A stretch of 64,000 nt of DNA from Chitinophagaceae bacterium. GTDB lineage: Bacteria > Bacteroidota > Bacteroidia > Chitinophagales > UBA10324. The translations under genes and the position numbers were made by a program. The stretch spans positions 12,321 to 76,320 of the forward strand of contig CANJII010000015.1 of the NCBI GenBank assembly GCA_947474435.1, read 5' to 3'. Below are positions 45,797 through 55,813 of this stretch, one piece after another (the first letter of the stretch is position 1; each line of letters starts with the position of its first letter). The notes under the pieces were generated by a model that did no database searches, was not told the origin of the DNA, and was given only the letters and a program-made list of their open reading frames with translations.

Positions 45797-48700
45797 ATGA
45801 AATTTTTGCGGAAGCGAAACTTCTTCTCACTTTTTATTGTCGTTTCATTTTTATTTTTTTCTGAGCAACTATTTTCTCAGGATATCAATTCGCAATTTCT
45901 ATTTCATCATTATCAGGGAGAAGATGGGCTGCTGAATCAGAATATCACCTGCTTGTTTCAGGATAAAACCGGATTTATTTGGGTGGGAACAACCGACGGA
46001 TTGTTTCGATTCGATGGATATAAATTTATTGCTTTCCGTCACAGTTATCGCGATACCAATTCAATTTCTGCTAATGAAGTGAATGCAATTGCTGAAGATA
46101 GCAATGGAAGATTATGGATTGGAACGAACAGTGGTGGAATCAATTATTTTAACAGGCATACCGGAAAGTTTTTTCATTACGAACTCAGCAACGGAAATCA
46201 GAATGAGCATAGCGGAAGAATTAATTCCATCGTCTGTTCTCCAGATGGAAAAATATTTGTAGCCTGTGATTTATTTCAGGGAATTTATCAGTTTGATGAA
46301 AAGAAAAATTCATTCACGCATTTCCTGCTCACTGATTTTATCTTAAGACAAAAGAAAAATTTAACACTAGGACCAACTTATTCTCTCCTTATGAAGGGAA
46401 ATGATTCCCTCCTTATCGGAACGCGCTTCGGACTTTATTGCCTTGATTTAATAAGCAAGAAGATTTCAGAATTCATTCTTCCCAATTTTGATTTCAAGTA
46501 TGAAAACAACATGCTGTGTCGAGCATTAAAAACAAATCCGTTCAGTCAACACTTATTTATTGGCACCTGGGGAAATGGGGTGAAGGAGTTGAAAACAAAC
46601 ACCGGTGAAGCAAAAAGTTATTGGCATCATCCGGTTGCACCCGAAGGCATGGGGCTTTTTAACATTATTGCTGATTTTGGATTTATTTCTTCTGAAGAAA
46701 TATTTGTTGCGAGTGTTGATGCAAATCTTTATGTGCTTAATACTACGAAAAATTCTTTCTCTTTTTTCATTCACGATAATGCTAATTCAGGTTCCATTCC
46801 AAATGGAAAATGTCATTGCATAATGCAGGACCGTGATGGGATATTCTGGTTCGGATTTGAAAATGGTTTGTGTACTTACAATCCGCGAACGAGCAGATTT
46901 CATAATCAGTTTTTCCCAAAAACATTTCCATACATTAATGCAGGAAACATAACCGAGTCAGTTTCGGGCGATACACTTTTTATTCCTACGGCTTTAGGAA
47001 ATGGGATTCAGTTATATGACCGTGAAGGAAATTTTCTTTCCAATATTCAAACAGAACCCACCTCAAATGGCGATCAGTTTTTGTATGGTTCTACAATGGA
47101 TGATGAAGGAAACTGCTGGTTCATATCCGGAATGGCCTGGTTCCGATTTCGTTCGCATGAAAAAAAATTCAGTGAGGCAGCACACGACCTGCGGTTATTT
47201 GAAATAACCAATCGGCGCATGGTAGTGAATGGTGCGGCGCATCAAATGATTCTGCAATTCGGAGGCAAGGGAGTTGAAGTAGTAAACACAAACACTGATG
47301 AAATGATTTTTCGTAAGCAATTGGTTTATCCTTTTGCCGATAGCAATCAGGTTAGCATCACTGATATTGAACGGGCACCCAATGGAAATTACTGGGTCGC
47401 GTTTCAATTTGCGCTGATTGAGTATGACCCAAACTTCAATGTGCTGAAAGCTTATCCCGAAAAATTGAATGACAGCACTTATCTCGGGCAAGGACACCTT
47501 TTTGATTTAGCGATTGATAAAAAAGGCAATGTGTTTGTTGTTTCTACGGATGGTGGTTTGTGTTCAATAGACCACCAAAAAAATATCTTTAAAAATTATT
47601 CAGATGGAAATCAGCTCGCACCCGGTAGATGTAATGGTGTAACCGTTGATGCAAATGATATGGTGTGGCTTGCATCAGAAAGCGGGATTTACCGATTTAA
47701 TTCTGCTACTGAAATTTTTACACTCTTCGATAAGCAGGATGGTTTGCCTTACAACAATATTGAATATGTGATTGCCCAACCAAGCGGAAGAATTTACTAC
47801 TACTTCGCGCAGGGTTGGGGTTGGTTTTATCCAAATGAATTTTCGGTACAGAAAAATTTATCGCCCGTTGTTTTTCTCTCCGTGAGAGTGAATGAAAAAA
47901 AAATTGCTGATGCAGATTTTGAAAAAGAAATTTTACTCAGCTACACACAAAATAATTTATCGTTTGAGTTTTCTCTTTTGAACTATGCAAACCCAAAACG
48001 AAATTCTTATTCCTACCAATTGATAGGAGTAGAAGATGAGTGGCACAACAGCGGAACACAAAGACAAATTAATTTTTCAGCGCTTGCACCCGGTAATTAT
48101 ATTCTGAAAGTAAAAGCAGCAAACAACGAAGGAGTTTGGAGCAATAATATTCGCGAAATAAAATTTTCAATCGCACCTCCGTATTGGCAAACCTGGTGGT
48201 TCAGGTTTTTTGTTTTGATGCTGATTGCGCTCACGGTATATTTTATTTTCAGATTGAGAATCCGGATTGTGAAGCGAGAAGAAAAACTGAAATCAAATTA
48301 TCAAAAGAAAATTTCTGAGCTTGAAACGAAGGCGCTGCGTGCTCAAATGAATCCGCATTTTATTTTCAATTGCCTCAACTCAATCAACAGTTTTATTCTT
48401 CGCAACGACACAGATGTTGCATCGGAGTATCTCACCAAATTCTCGCGGCTCATTCGTTTGGTGCTGGATAACTCGCGCACCTCCGTCATTTCGCTCAGCA
48501 GTGAGTTGGAGTGCCTGAAACTTTTTATTGAGATGGAAGAGATGCGCTTTGCCGATAAGTTTGAATATTCCATTCATGTAAATGAAAAAATAAATGCAGA
48601 GACCATAAAAGTTCCGCCACTGATTCTGCAACCGTATGTCGAAAATTCCATCTGGCACGGACTGTTACACAAGAATGAAAAAGGAAAACTGAAAATTGAA

Positions 48701-48952
48701 ATCAGTGAACAAATCGGTTACATTATTTGTGTGATTGAAGACAATGGAATAGGAAGAGAAGCAGCACGCGAAGTAAAAAGTAAATCGAGCGGACACCGCA
48801 AATCACATGGCATGGGAATTACCTCGCAAAGAGTCATCGAATGGAATCAGGATAACGAAGCAGCAATAAATATTTCCGATTTGAAAGACGAAAACGAAAA
48901 CGCTATCGGCACCAGAGTAGAAATAAAATTAAAAATTCATTCAGAAAATTAA
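45797..48952 (+). CDS. sensor histidine kinase: periplasmic two-component-regulator propeller/Y_Y_Y region + LytS/YehU-type kinase
   Basis: 1051 aa. Signal peptide; repeated W(I/V)GT..GL..(F/Y) propeller motifs; TM WWFRFFVLMLIALTVYFIF; His-kinase box ALRAQMNPHFIFNCLNSI; HATPase LQPYVENSIWHG...DNGIG. Confidence 0.85.
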   Translation: MKFLRKRNFFSLFIVVSFLFFSEQLFSQDINSQFLFHHYQGEDGLLNQNITCLFQDKTGFIWVGTTDGLFRFDGYKFIAFRHSYRDTNSISANEVNAIAEDSNGRLWIGTNSGGINYFNRHTGKFFHYELSNGNQNEHSGRINSIVCSPDGKIFVACDLFQGIYQFDEKKNSFTHFLLTDFILRQKKNLTLGPTYSLLMKGNDSLLIGTRFGLYCLDLISKKISEFILPNFDFKYENNMLCRALKTNPFSQHLFIGTWGNGVKELKTNTGEAKSYWHHPVAPEGMGLFNIIADFGFISSEEIFVASVDANLYVLNTTKNSFSFFIHDNANSGSIPNGKCHCIMQDRDGIFWFGFENGLCTYNPRTSRFHNQFFPKTFPYINAGNITESVSGDTLFIPTALGNGIQLYDREGNFLSNIQTEPTSNGDQFLYGSTMDDEGNCWFISGMAWFRFRSHEKKFSEAAHDLRLFEITNRRMVVNGAAHQMILQFGGKGVEVVNTNTDEMIFRKQLVYPFADSNQVSITDIERAPNGNYWVAFQFALIEYDPNFNVLKAYPEKLNDSTYLGQGHLFDLAIDKKGNVFVVSTDGGLCSIDHQKNIFKNYSDGNQLAPGRCNGVTVDANDMVWLASESGIYRFNSATEIFTLFDKQDGLPYNNIEYVIAQPSGRIYYYFAQGWGWFYPNEFSVQKNLSPVVFLSVRVNEKKIADADFEKEILLSYTQNNLSFEFSLLNYANPKRNSYSYQLIGVEDEWHNSGTQRQINFSALAPGNYILKVKAANNEGVWSNNIREIKFSIAPPYWQTWWFRFFVLMLIALTVYFIFRLRIRIVKREEKLKSNYQKKISELETKALRAQMNPHFIFNCLNSINSFILRNDTDVASEYLTKFSRLIRLVLDNSRTSVISLSSELECLKLFIEMEEMRFADKFEYSIHVNEKINAETIKVPPLILQPYVENSIWHGLLHKNEKGKLKIEISEQIGYIICVIEDNGIGREAAREVKSKSSGHRKSHGMGITSQRVIEWNQDNEAAINISDLKDENENAIGTRVEIKLKIHSEN

Positions 48953-48958
48953 TTAAAG

Positions 48959-49705
48959 ATGATACAAGCAATCCTAATTGACGATGAAGTAAACTGCACA
49001 GATATTCTTTCCATTCAATTGAAGAAACACTGCCCGAATGTTGAAGTGATTGCCGTTTGCAATTCGGCAAAAGATGGAATCGAAAAAATAAATGCGCTCA
49101 ACCCCGATGTAATTTTTCTCGACATTGAAATGCCGCACATGAATGGATTTCGTTTGCTCGAACAATTAACTCCATTCAATTTCGAAGTAGTATTCACTAC
49201 TGCTTATGATGAGTTTGCAATCAAAGCATTTAAAGTTTGTGCAACCGATTATTTATTAAAGCCGATTGATAAATCTGAATTGATAGAGGCGGTGCGAAAA
49301 GTGGAAGCAAAAAAATGCAGCAGTAATAATTCCTCAACACAAATGACGGAGTTGCTGAAAATGATTTCATCGCAATCGCAGGAGAAAAAAATTGCATTGC
49401 CAACAAATGAAGGAATGTTATTTCTGAAACCATCAGATGTCATCCGCTGTGAAAGCGACAGCAACTACACTTATGTTATGCTCGCAAATGGCGAAAAAAT
49501 TTGTGTAACTAAAACTTTAAAACAGGTAGAAGAATCGCTGAATGGCTTTTCATTTTTCAGAGTGCATCAATCGCATCTCGTTAATTTGAATCATGTTATT
49601 AAATATAATCGCGACGATGCCGGAATTATTACAACCGACGGAACCATAATTACTATTGCGCGCCAACGCAAGGAAGGATTTTTAGAAATGTTTTCAAAGA
49701 TTTAA
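48959..49705 (+). CDS. LytTR family response regulator
   Basis: 248 aa. Receiver domain (ILIDDE, DVIFLDIEMPHMNG, KP) plus a C-terminal LytTR domain (FFRVHQSHLVNLNHV). Confidence 0.9.
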   Translation: MIQAILIDDEVNCTDILSIQLKKHCPNVEVIAVCNSAKDGIEKINALNPDVIFLDIEMPHMNGFRLLEQLTPFNFEVVFTTAYDEFAIKAFKVCATDYLLKPIDKSELIEAVRKVEAKKCSSNNSSTQMTELLKMISSQSQEKKIALPTNEGMLFLKPSDVIRCESDSNYTYVMLANGEKICVTKTLKQVEESLNGFSFFRVHQSHLVNLNHVIKYNRDDAGIITTDGTIITIARQRKEGFLEMFSKI

Positions 49706-49872
49706 TTTTTAAATATCAGCTCCATGCAGTTGCTAACCGCGCTTCTATCACAATTTCGCAGCCCAAATTCTCTGTTGTATTTCCAAATACTAAGTATTGC
49801 TGCTGCATTCTCAATTCTTTAAAATCATCAATTGAATAAAAACACTTTTGTAAAATCAAAAAAATTAAATGC

Positions 49873-51516
49873 ATGAAAAAATTTATTCTTCTTGTTGCAA
49901 TTGCTTTCGCAATTGACAGTTCACTTTTCACCACTTCAGTTTCGGCCCAATGGAGTTTAACCGGAAATGCAGGAACAACTGCCGGAACCAATTTCATCGG
50001 AACTACTGATGCAAAAGATTTAGTTTTTAAAACCAACGGAGTTGAAAAAGGGAGAATAAAATCAGCTACAGGATTTCAATTCGGAACCAGCGGAGTAAAT
50101 CTTGCAAAATTTGATAGCGGTGGAAATCTATCATTTACAGGTAATGCGGCATATAAGGTTGCAGCAAATAAATATGCTTTTCAATATGCGGGTAATCCAA
50201 ATTATGGTTTGTTTTTTAATGCTCAATCATTAATTTATGAATTCAGAACAAGTACTGCTGCTTCGGTTTTTTCAGTTGGAGCAAATACAGGTAATGGAAT
50301 TTTTTCTGGCAATTTAAAAGTAGGGACATACACTTTTCCATCAACAGATGGAACAAGCGGTCAGGTTTTAAAAACAAATGGAGCTGGTGTGCTGTCATGG
50401 AGTGCTGATAATAATTCCGGAGGCGGAGGTTCACAATGGACAACCAACGGAACCGCTGTTTATTACAATACAGGAAATGTTGGAATCGGAACATCAACTC
50501 CTCTAACAAAATTACATATTGTTTCAACCACAGATAATCCAATGACAATTGATGGTGCAGCAGGAATGTTCATTGGCCTTTATGAAGGTGGATCATATCG
50601 TGGATACCTTGGTTCATATTCAGGAAGCGCAACAGATGTTGATTTTGGAACAGGTGGTGGCAACTCAACAGGCAAATTAAATTTCACTATTCAGGCAATC
50701 CCTAAAATGACAATTGATGCAACAGGAAATATTGGAATCGGAACAACAACACCTGCATTTACTTTGGATGTAACAGGAACTGCTAGAGTAACTTCAACTT
50801 TAAAAGTTGGAGCATATACATTACCAGCAACTGATGGAACAAATGGTCAAGTATTAAAAACAAACGGAAGCGGAGCGCTTACTTGGAGTGCCGATAATAG
50901 CGGAACAGGAATCTCTCAATGGACCACAAACGGAACATCTATTTACTACAATTCAGGAAGTGTAGGAATAGGAACCACCTCCCCTGTTGCCCGTTTGCAT
51001 GTAACACTTGCAAATGCAACCATCCCAACTGCTGAGTTTGTAAACACAGCCATGGGGCCGAATATTTCATGGATAAATTTTGGTTCTACAGGTGATTGGT
51101 ATATCCGTTCTTCATCCAATTCAGGAAAAGTTATTCTGCAAGACCAAAGCACTAATTCGCCGGTTTGCATTGGCTCTACTCAAAATGCAAACGGATACAA
51201 ACTTTCTGTCGATGGAAAAATTATTTGCGAAGAAGTAAAAGTGCAAAACTCTACTGCATGGCCTGACTATGTTTTCACTTCATCATACAAACTGCCCGAT
51301 TTACTTTCAGTAGAAAAACAAATTCAAACCGATGGGCATCTTTCAGGTGTTCCTTCGGCCGATGAAGTTTGCGACAATGGAATTTCATTGGGAGAAATGC
51401 AGGCAACACTGTTGCAGAAAATTGAAGAGCTAACACTCTATATGATTGACCAACAAAAGCAAATCAATCAACTGAAATCAGAGAATGAAGAATTGAAAAC
51501 TTCATTGTTGAAATAA
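49873..51516 (+). CDS. secreted tail-fibre-like repeat protein with C-terminal coiled coil
   Basis: 547 aa. Signal peptide ...TTSVSAQ; recurring G(N/S)VGIGT(S/T)(T/S)P...LH(I/V) and GQVLKTNG.G.L.WS motifs; internal 162-aa duplication; C-terminal WPDYVF...LSGVPSADEV...LLQKIEELTLYMIDQQKQINQLKSENEELK. Confidence 0.65.
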   Translation: MKKFILLVAIAFAIDSSLFTTSVSAQWSLTGNAGTTAGTNFIGTTDAKDLVFKTNGVEKGRIKSATGFQFGTSGVNLAKFDSGGNLSFTGNAAYKVAANKYAFQYAGNPNYGLFFNAQSLIYEFRTSTAASVFSVGANTGNGIFSGNLKVGTYTFPSTDGTSGQVLKTNGAGVLSWSADNNSGGGGSQWTTNGTAVYYNTGNVGIGTSTPLTKLHIVSTTDNPMTIDGAAGMFIGLYEGGSYRGYLGSYSGSATDVDFGTGGGNSTGKLNFTIQAIPKMTIDATGNIGIGTTTPAFTLDVTGTARVTSTLKVGAYTLPATDGTNGQVLKTNGSGALTWSADNSGTGISQWTTNGTSIYYNSGSVGIGTTSPVARLHVTLANATIPTAEFVNTAMGPNISWINFGSTGDWYIRSSSNSGKVILQDQSTNSPVCIGSTQNANGYKLSVDGKIICEEVKVQNSTAWPDYVFTSSYKLPDLLSVEKQIQTDGHLSGVPSADEVCDNGISLGEMQATLLQKIEELTLYMIDQQKQINQLKSENEELKTSLLK

Positions 51517-51544
51517 TTTTTCCAATTCAAAAAAAATTACAACA

Positions 51545-54484
51545 ATGAAAATAATTTTAATCCCTCTCTTGTGTTTGCTCTCAGTGAGTTTGCGGGCACA
51601 GAATCAACCTTCCGACTATAAAACTTTTTATGATTATGAAAAAGCATTCTATGCTTCACATGAAATGAATGATTTAAACAAAGAGAAAACAGAAGATGAA
51701 CATGAAGGAGAATGGGAACATTTTAACAGATTAAAATGGTATTTTGAACCAAGACTGTTTCCATCTGGAAATTGGGTAAACACTTATCAGCATGATCTGG
51801 AAGCAGAGTTAAAAGTAAAATCTATGTTTCGTTCAAGTAACGGAAGGTGGCAGTCTTGTGGTCCAACTAATGTAAACTCAGTAAACATAGATGTGCAAGG
51901 AATCGGCAGAGTGAACAGAATTGAAATTGGCCAATCAGGAGCAATCTATGCTGCTACGGCTCAAGGAGGATTATGGAAACGGGTTGGTACAGATTGGACT
52001 TGCCTTACCAACTTTATCCCAAACTTATCCGTCTCAGGAATTGCGATTGACCCGAATGATGAAAATGTAATTTATATAGTCACTGGTGATGCGGACCAAG
52101 GTTCAGGACCTGTTCTTAACTCGCTTGGCATTTTTAAAACAAACGATGGGGGTGTTTCGTGGTACAAGACCGGATACCAACCCGATGTTACAGTTGGCTG
52201 GGCAGGATATAAAATAGTGGAACATCCAACTCAACCGAATATTTTGATGGTTGTTTCAAATGCCGGTATTCTTCGTACCACTGATTCTGGATTTACATGG
52301 GATACAGTAGCTACAGGGGGTGGCGCCGCTTTTTTTGATATCGAAATGAAACCCGGCGACCCGAATACCTGGTATGCTTGCACAAAAAATCATGTGCTTC
52401 GTTCGACCAATGCAGGATTAAACTGGACATTACCACACGCAACTAACTCTATAAATGTTTCAGGAAGAGTTACACGGGCTGCTTTGGCGGTAACACCCGC
52501 CAACCCAAATGTTGTTTATGTTTTATCAGGCAGCGAAATTCCCGGAACTAAAGGATTTGTTGAATTACTAAAATGCACAAATTCTTCAACCACTTTTTCT
52601 TTTACATCCATGTCTTCCTTTTCCAATTCACCAAATATATTGGGCTGGACACACGATGGGTCCGATTTGAATGCCTCTCAAGCAGGTTACGATCTTTGCA
52701 TTGCGGTTTCAGCCACTAACGAAAATCAAATTTATATCGGAGGAATAAATATATGGTACAATGGCTCAGGAGGTGCATCAGGTTCATGGTCGTTGGGAAG
52801 TTATTGGTCAAATGATGGAAGTACAACAGTTGATAAAATACATTCCGACCAGCATGAGTTATTAATGTACAATGATGATTTATATATTGGTAATGATGGG
52901 GGAATATATTACCAAGACCGACAAGCAATTGATCCAAACTGGGATCCAATATATGTAGGATTAAATATTACTCAGTTTTATAAATTGGAACTTGATCCAA
53001 CCGATCCAAATGGAAACACCCTGCTTGGTTCACAGGATAATGGAGTAAAGAAATACGATGGTGATGCTAATTTTCAAACAATATATACAGCTGATGGTGG
53101 TGAAGCCTGCATTGACCCGACAGACCATAACCGCTATTATTTTTATGTAAATGATAATTTGTATAAAGATGGTTGCGATTTGTGCTGGCCTGGTCTCGAT
53201 AGTCCACCATTTGGATGTGGCTGTCCTGATGATGTAGTACCTACTCCAGCTTGGGTTGGGAGAAGACCATTAGAAATTAATCCACTAAATCATTCACAGC
53301 TTTATGCGGGCTATACCTGCTTGTTCCGAACTGATAATGAAGGTTCAAACTGGGCAAGGCAAACATCAATTCCATGTAATGGCAGGGGAATAGTTGATTT
53401 GGATTTTGATGCATCAAATCGTTTGTGGGTTACAAAAGACAATGGCGAAATTTACAGGCAGAACAGTTCAGGTTCAACATCATTTACTCAGGTATCCGGC
53501 AATCTACCAATGGATACAGCATTGATTACAAGCTTAGCTTGCTCAGCTTCAAATCCTGAAATTGCGTTCGTTACATTTTCAGGATACCTAGATGGAATAA
53601 AAGTTTTTGAAACAATTGACGGTGGAACAACATGGTTCAATATCTCAGGTTACTTACCAAATGTACCAGTGAATTGTATCGTTTATCAACCCAATACGGA
53701 TGATGGCTTGTATATCGGAACCGACATCGGTGTTTTTTATTACGACAACTCAATCGTGTTGTGGACACCATTCAGAAACGGAATGCCATCTGTTGCAGTT
53801 GCAGATTTAGAAATCAGCACCGTAGATAATATGTTGTATGCAGCAACTTTCGGAAGAGGATTATGGAAGAGCGATTTATTTACCGGATGTCAGAGTGCAT
53901 TAAAAATTTTGGACGGAATAATTTCTACAGATGGTTATGTTGGTCCATTTCAGTTTACTTCAGGATACAATACTTATCGCACCATCGATTCAACCATAAT
54001 AAACATGCCGCTTACCGGTGGACTTGGTCAAAATACTTTACTTATTTCTGAAGGATACATAAAATTGAAAGAAGGATTTCAAGCCACCAATACTGACTTT
54101 ACTGCAAAATATGATCAGTATTGTTTCAATGGGTTTTACTCATATCTGAAAGGAGAATACGCAGGTGAACTTTCCCCTGAGCAAAATCAGAATCCTTCTT
54201 CTGCAAACGACAATGAAATTCAACTTTCTGTTTATCCGAATCCATTTACCAATGAATTAAAAATGGGTATTATGATTTCAGGTACTGAAAATTCATTACA
54301 GGTTTTCTTTACAGATCTCTCCGGAAAAGTTATTGCAGTTCCTTACAAACAATCAGCTTATGATGGAAATGTAATCGGATTCAATTTTAATACATCTCAA
54401 CTTTCTGATGGTACCTACATTATTTCGGTTCGCTCCGGAAATTCTGTTCAAACTAAAAAAGTAATTAAACTTTCAACCGATTAA
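51545..54484 (+). CDS. BNR/Asp-box repeat beta-propeller protein, T9SS type-A cargo
   Basis: 979 aa. Signal peptide; Asp-box-like motifs TNDGGVSW, TTDSGFTW, STNAGLNW, TDNEGSNW, TIDGGTTW; C-terminal VYPNPFTNEL...DGTYIISVR. Confidence 0.75.
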   Translation: MKIILIPLLCLLSVSLRAQNQPSDYKTFYDYEKAFYASHEMNDLNKEKTEDEHEGEWEHFNRLKWYFEPRLFPSGNWVNTYQHDLEAELKVKSMFRSSNGRWQSCGPTNVNSVNIDVQGIGRVNRIEIGQSGAIYAATAQGGLWKRVGTDWTCLTNFIPNLSVSGIAIDPNDENVIYIVTGDADQGSGPVLNSLGIFKTNDGGVSWYKTGYQPDVTVGWAGYKIVEHPTQPNILMVVSNAGILRTTDSGFTWDTVATGGGAAFFDIEMKPGDPNTWYACTKNHVLRSTNAGLNWTLPHATNSINVSGRVTRAALAVTPANPNVVYVLSGSEIPGTKGFVELLKCTNSSTTFSFTSMSSFSNSPNILGWTHDGSDLNASQAGYDLCIAVSATNENQIYIGGINIWYNGSGGASGSWSLGSYWSNDGSTTVDKIHSDQHELLMYNDDLYIGNDGGIYYQDRQAIDPNWDPIYVGLNITQFYKLELDPTDPNGNTLLGSQDNGVKKYDGDANFQTIYTADGGEACIDPTDHNRYYFYVNDNLYKDGCDLCWPGLDSPPFGCGCPDDVVPTPAWVGRRPLEINPLNHSQLYAGYTCLFRTDNEGSNWARQTSIPCNGRGIVDLDFDASNRLWVTKDNGEIYRQNSSGSTSFTQVSGNLPMDTALITSLACSASNPEIAFVTFSGYLDGIKVFETIDGGTTWFNISGYLPNVPVNCIVYQPNTDDGLYIGTDIGVFYYDNSIVLWTPFRNGMPSVAVADLEISTVDNMLYAATFGRGLWKSDLFTGCQSALKILDGIISTDGYVGPFQFTSGYNTYRTIDSTIINMPLTGGLGQNTLLISEGYIKLKEGFQATNTDFTAKYDQYCFNGFYSYLKGEYAGELSPEQNQNPSSANDNEIQLSVYPNPFTNELKMGIMISGTENSLQVFFTDLSGKVIAVPYKQSAYDGNVIGFNFNTSQLSDGTYIISVRSGNSVQTKKVIKLSTD

Positions 54485-54510
54485 TTCAACTATTAATTTG
54501 AACTGTTTAT

Positions 54511-54548
54511 GCCGCTTCAAAATTTTTGAAGCGGCTTTTTATTTTTTA
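54511..54548 (+). terminator. rho-independent terminator
   Basis: gccgcttcaa-aattt-ttgaagcggc (10-bp stem) followed by tttttatttttt. Confidence 0.8.
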
Positions 54549-54666
54549 CAGAAATTATTTCTGCTGTTAATATCCTTAAAAATATTTCTTCAGTTTAGAA
54601 AATACTTTTGAAAAAAATTCAGGAAGCAATTTCAATCACCTGTTTTCGTTAATTTATTTTCCACTT

Positions 54667-55569
54667 ATGAAAAAAATTCTCTCTTTATCGTTCCTTTTGC
54701 TGATTTTTTCATTCAGTAATAAATCTTTTGCCGGAATTTCTCCTGCTGATTTACAGACTCTTCACTTGTACGAAGATTCACTTTCGGTTTTGTCCGATTC
54801 AATAGTTGATGGCACTGAACAAGGAGTTCGACAAATGGCCTGTTATAATTTTATTCCAATGCTGGTGAAAGCTCTAAAAGTGAAAAACTCTTTTGAATAT
54901 CCGTTCGATAGTTTGAAGCACATTAACATTCTGTATCCTGATGATAAAAGTTTTCGAATATTCAATTGGAATTTACAAAAAACCACAGGTGCTTATCGCT
55001 ATTATGGTGCCATTCAAAAAAAATCTTCAGAACTGAAAATCTGGCCTTTGTATGATTATTCTGATTTCATGGTTAATCCTAAAGACACTATCACCTCCAG
55101 CGAAAAATGGTTCGGTATGTTGTACTACCAGATTAAGCAGGTGAAAAAACAATACCTGTTATTTGGTTGGGATGGAAACACTTTGCTTAGCAATAAAAAA
55201 ATTATTGATGTGTTGAGTTTCGATAAAAAAGGCAATCCGGTTTTTGGGGCAAAAATTTTTAACATCGGAACCATTGAAGAACCAAAGTATGTTGCCCGGT
55301 TTATGATTGAGTACAAAGAAATTGCTCAAACAAGCATGCGGTACGATAACGACTTGCAGATGATTATTTACGACCATCTGATTCCCATTGATCCGAAAGC
55401 TGAAGGCATGTATTCGTATTATGTTCCTGATGGAAGTTATGAAGCATTTGAGTTGAATAAGAAAAAATGGAACCATGTGTCTTCTGTTTTTAATTCAACA
55501 CAAGACGAACCTCCAACTCCAAATCCAATTGATTTTGATAAAAAGAAAAAGAAGAACAGCAAGTTGTAA
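54667..55569 (+). CDS. hypothetical secreted protein
   Basis: 300 aa. Signal peptide MKKILSLSFLLLIFSFSNKSFA; Lys-rich C-terminus. A TACTTTTG -7-like box lies at 54603..54610. Confidence 0.55.
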   Translation: MKKILSLSFLLLIFSFSNKSFAGISPADLQTLHLYEDSLSVLSDSIVDGTEQGVRQMACYNFIPMLVKALKVKNSFEYPFDSLKHINILYPDDKSFRIFNWNLQKTTGAYRYYGAIQKKSSELKIWPLYDYSDFMVNPKDTITSSEKWFGMLYYQIKQVKKQYLLFGWDGNTLLSNKKIIDVLSFDKKGNPVFGAKIFNIGTIEEPKYVARFMIEYKEIAQTSMRYDNDLQMIIYDHLIPIDPKAEGMYSYYVPDGSYEAFELNKKKWNHVSSVFNSTQDEPPTPNPIDFDKKKKKNSKL

Positions 55570-55604
55570 AGAGAAAAGAATATGGTTAATAATATAATTA
55601 ATGC

Positions 55605-55676
55605 TCATCTTCTAATACCTCCACAACCCGATCTACGCTTCACCAATTTCAAATTGTAATTCTTAATTATTTTATG
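55605..55676 (-). pseudogene. decayed duplicate of the 3' end of the LptD-like gene
   Basis: The minus-strand reading ...YNLKLVKRRSGCGGIRR* parallels the live C-terminus ...QDLKLVKRSSGWGSY* (55814..). The nucleotide match is about 30 of 37 positions over the core, at an offset of 209 bp. Confidence 0.45.
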
Positions 55677-55771
55677 GCTGATATAATTCTTTACTCAGCC
55701 ACCGCGATAGAAAACAATCATCTACTGCGTAGTAATCAAAATGTATAATACAGTTATAAGCGACAAACATT

Positions 55772-55811
55772 GAATTAATGCGATTTAAGTTTTGAGTAAG
55801 CGCATTCATTC
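55772..55811 (-). terminator. imperfect hairpin immediately after the LptD-like stop codon
   Basis: gaat-t-aatgcg ...18 nt... cgcatt-c-attc (4+6 bp with one symmetric mismatch). Confidence 0.35.
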
Positions 55812-55813
55812 TA

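Noticed and set aside
49873-51516. The tail-fibre-like gene as evidence of a prophage.
   Set aside because: No integrase, terminase, capsid, portal, tail tube/sheath, lysis genes or att-like repeats were seen within the surrounding 20 kb. The neighbours are a two-component system and a T9SS cargo.
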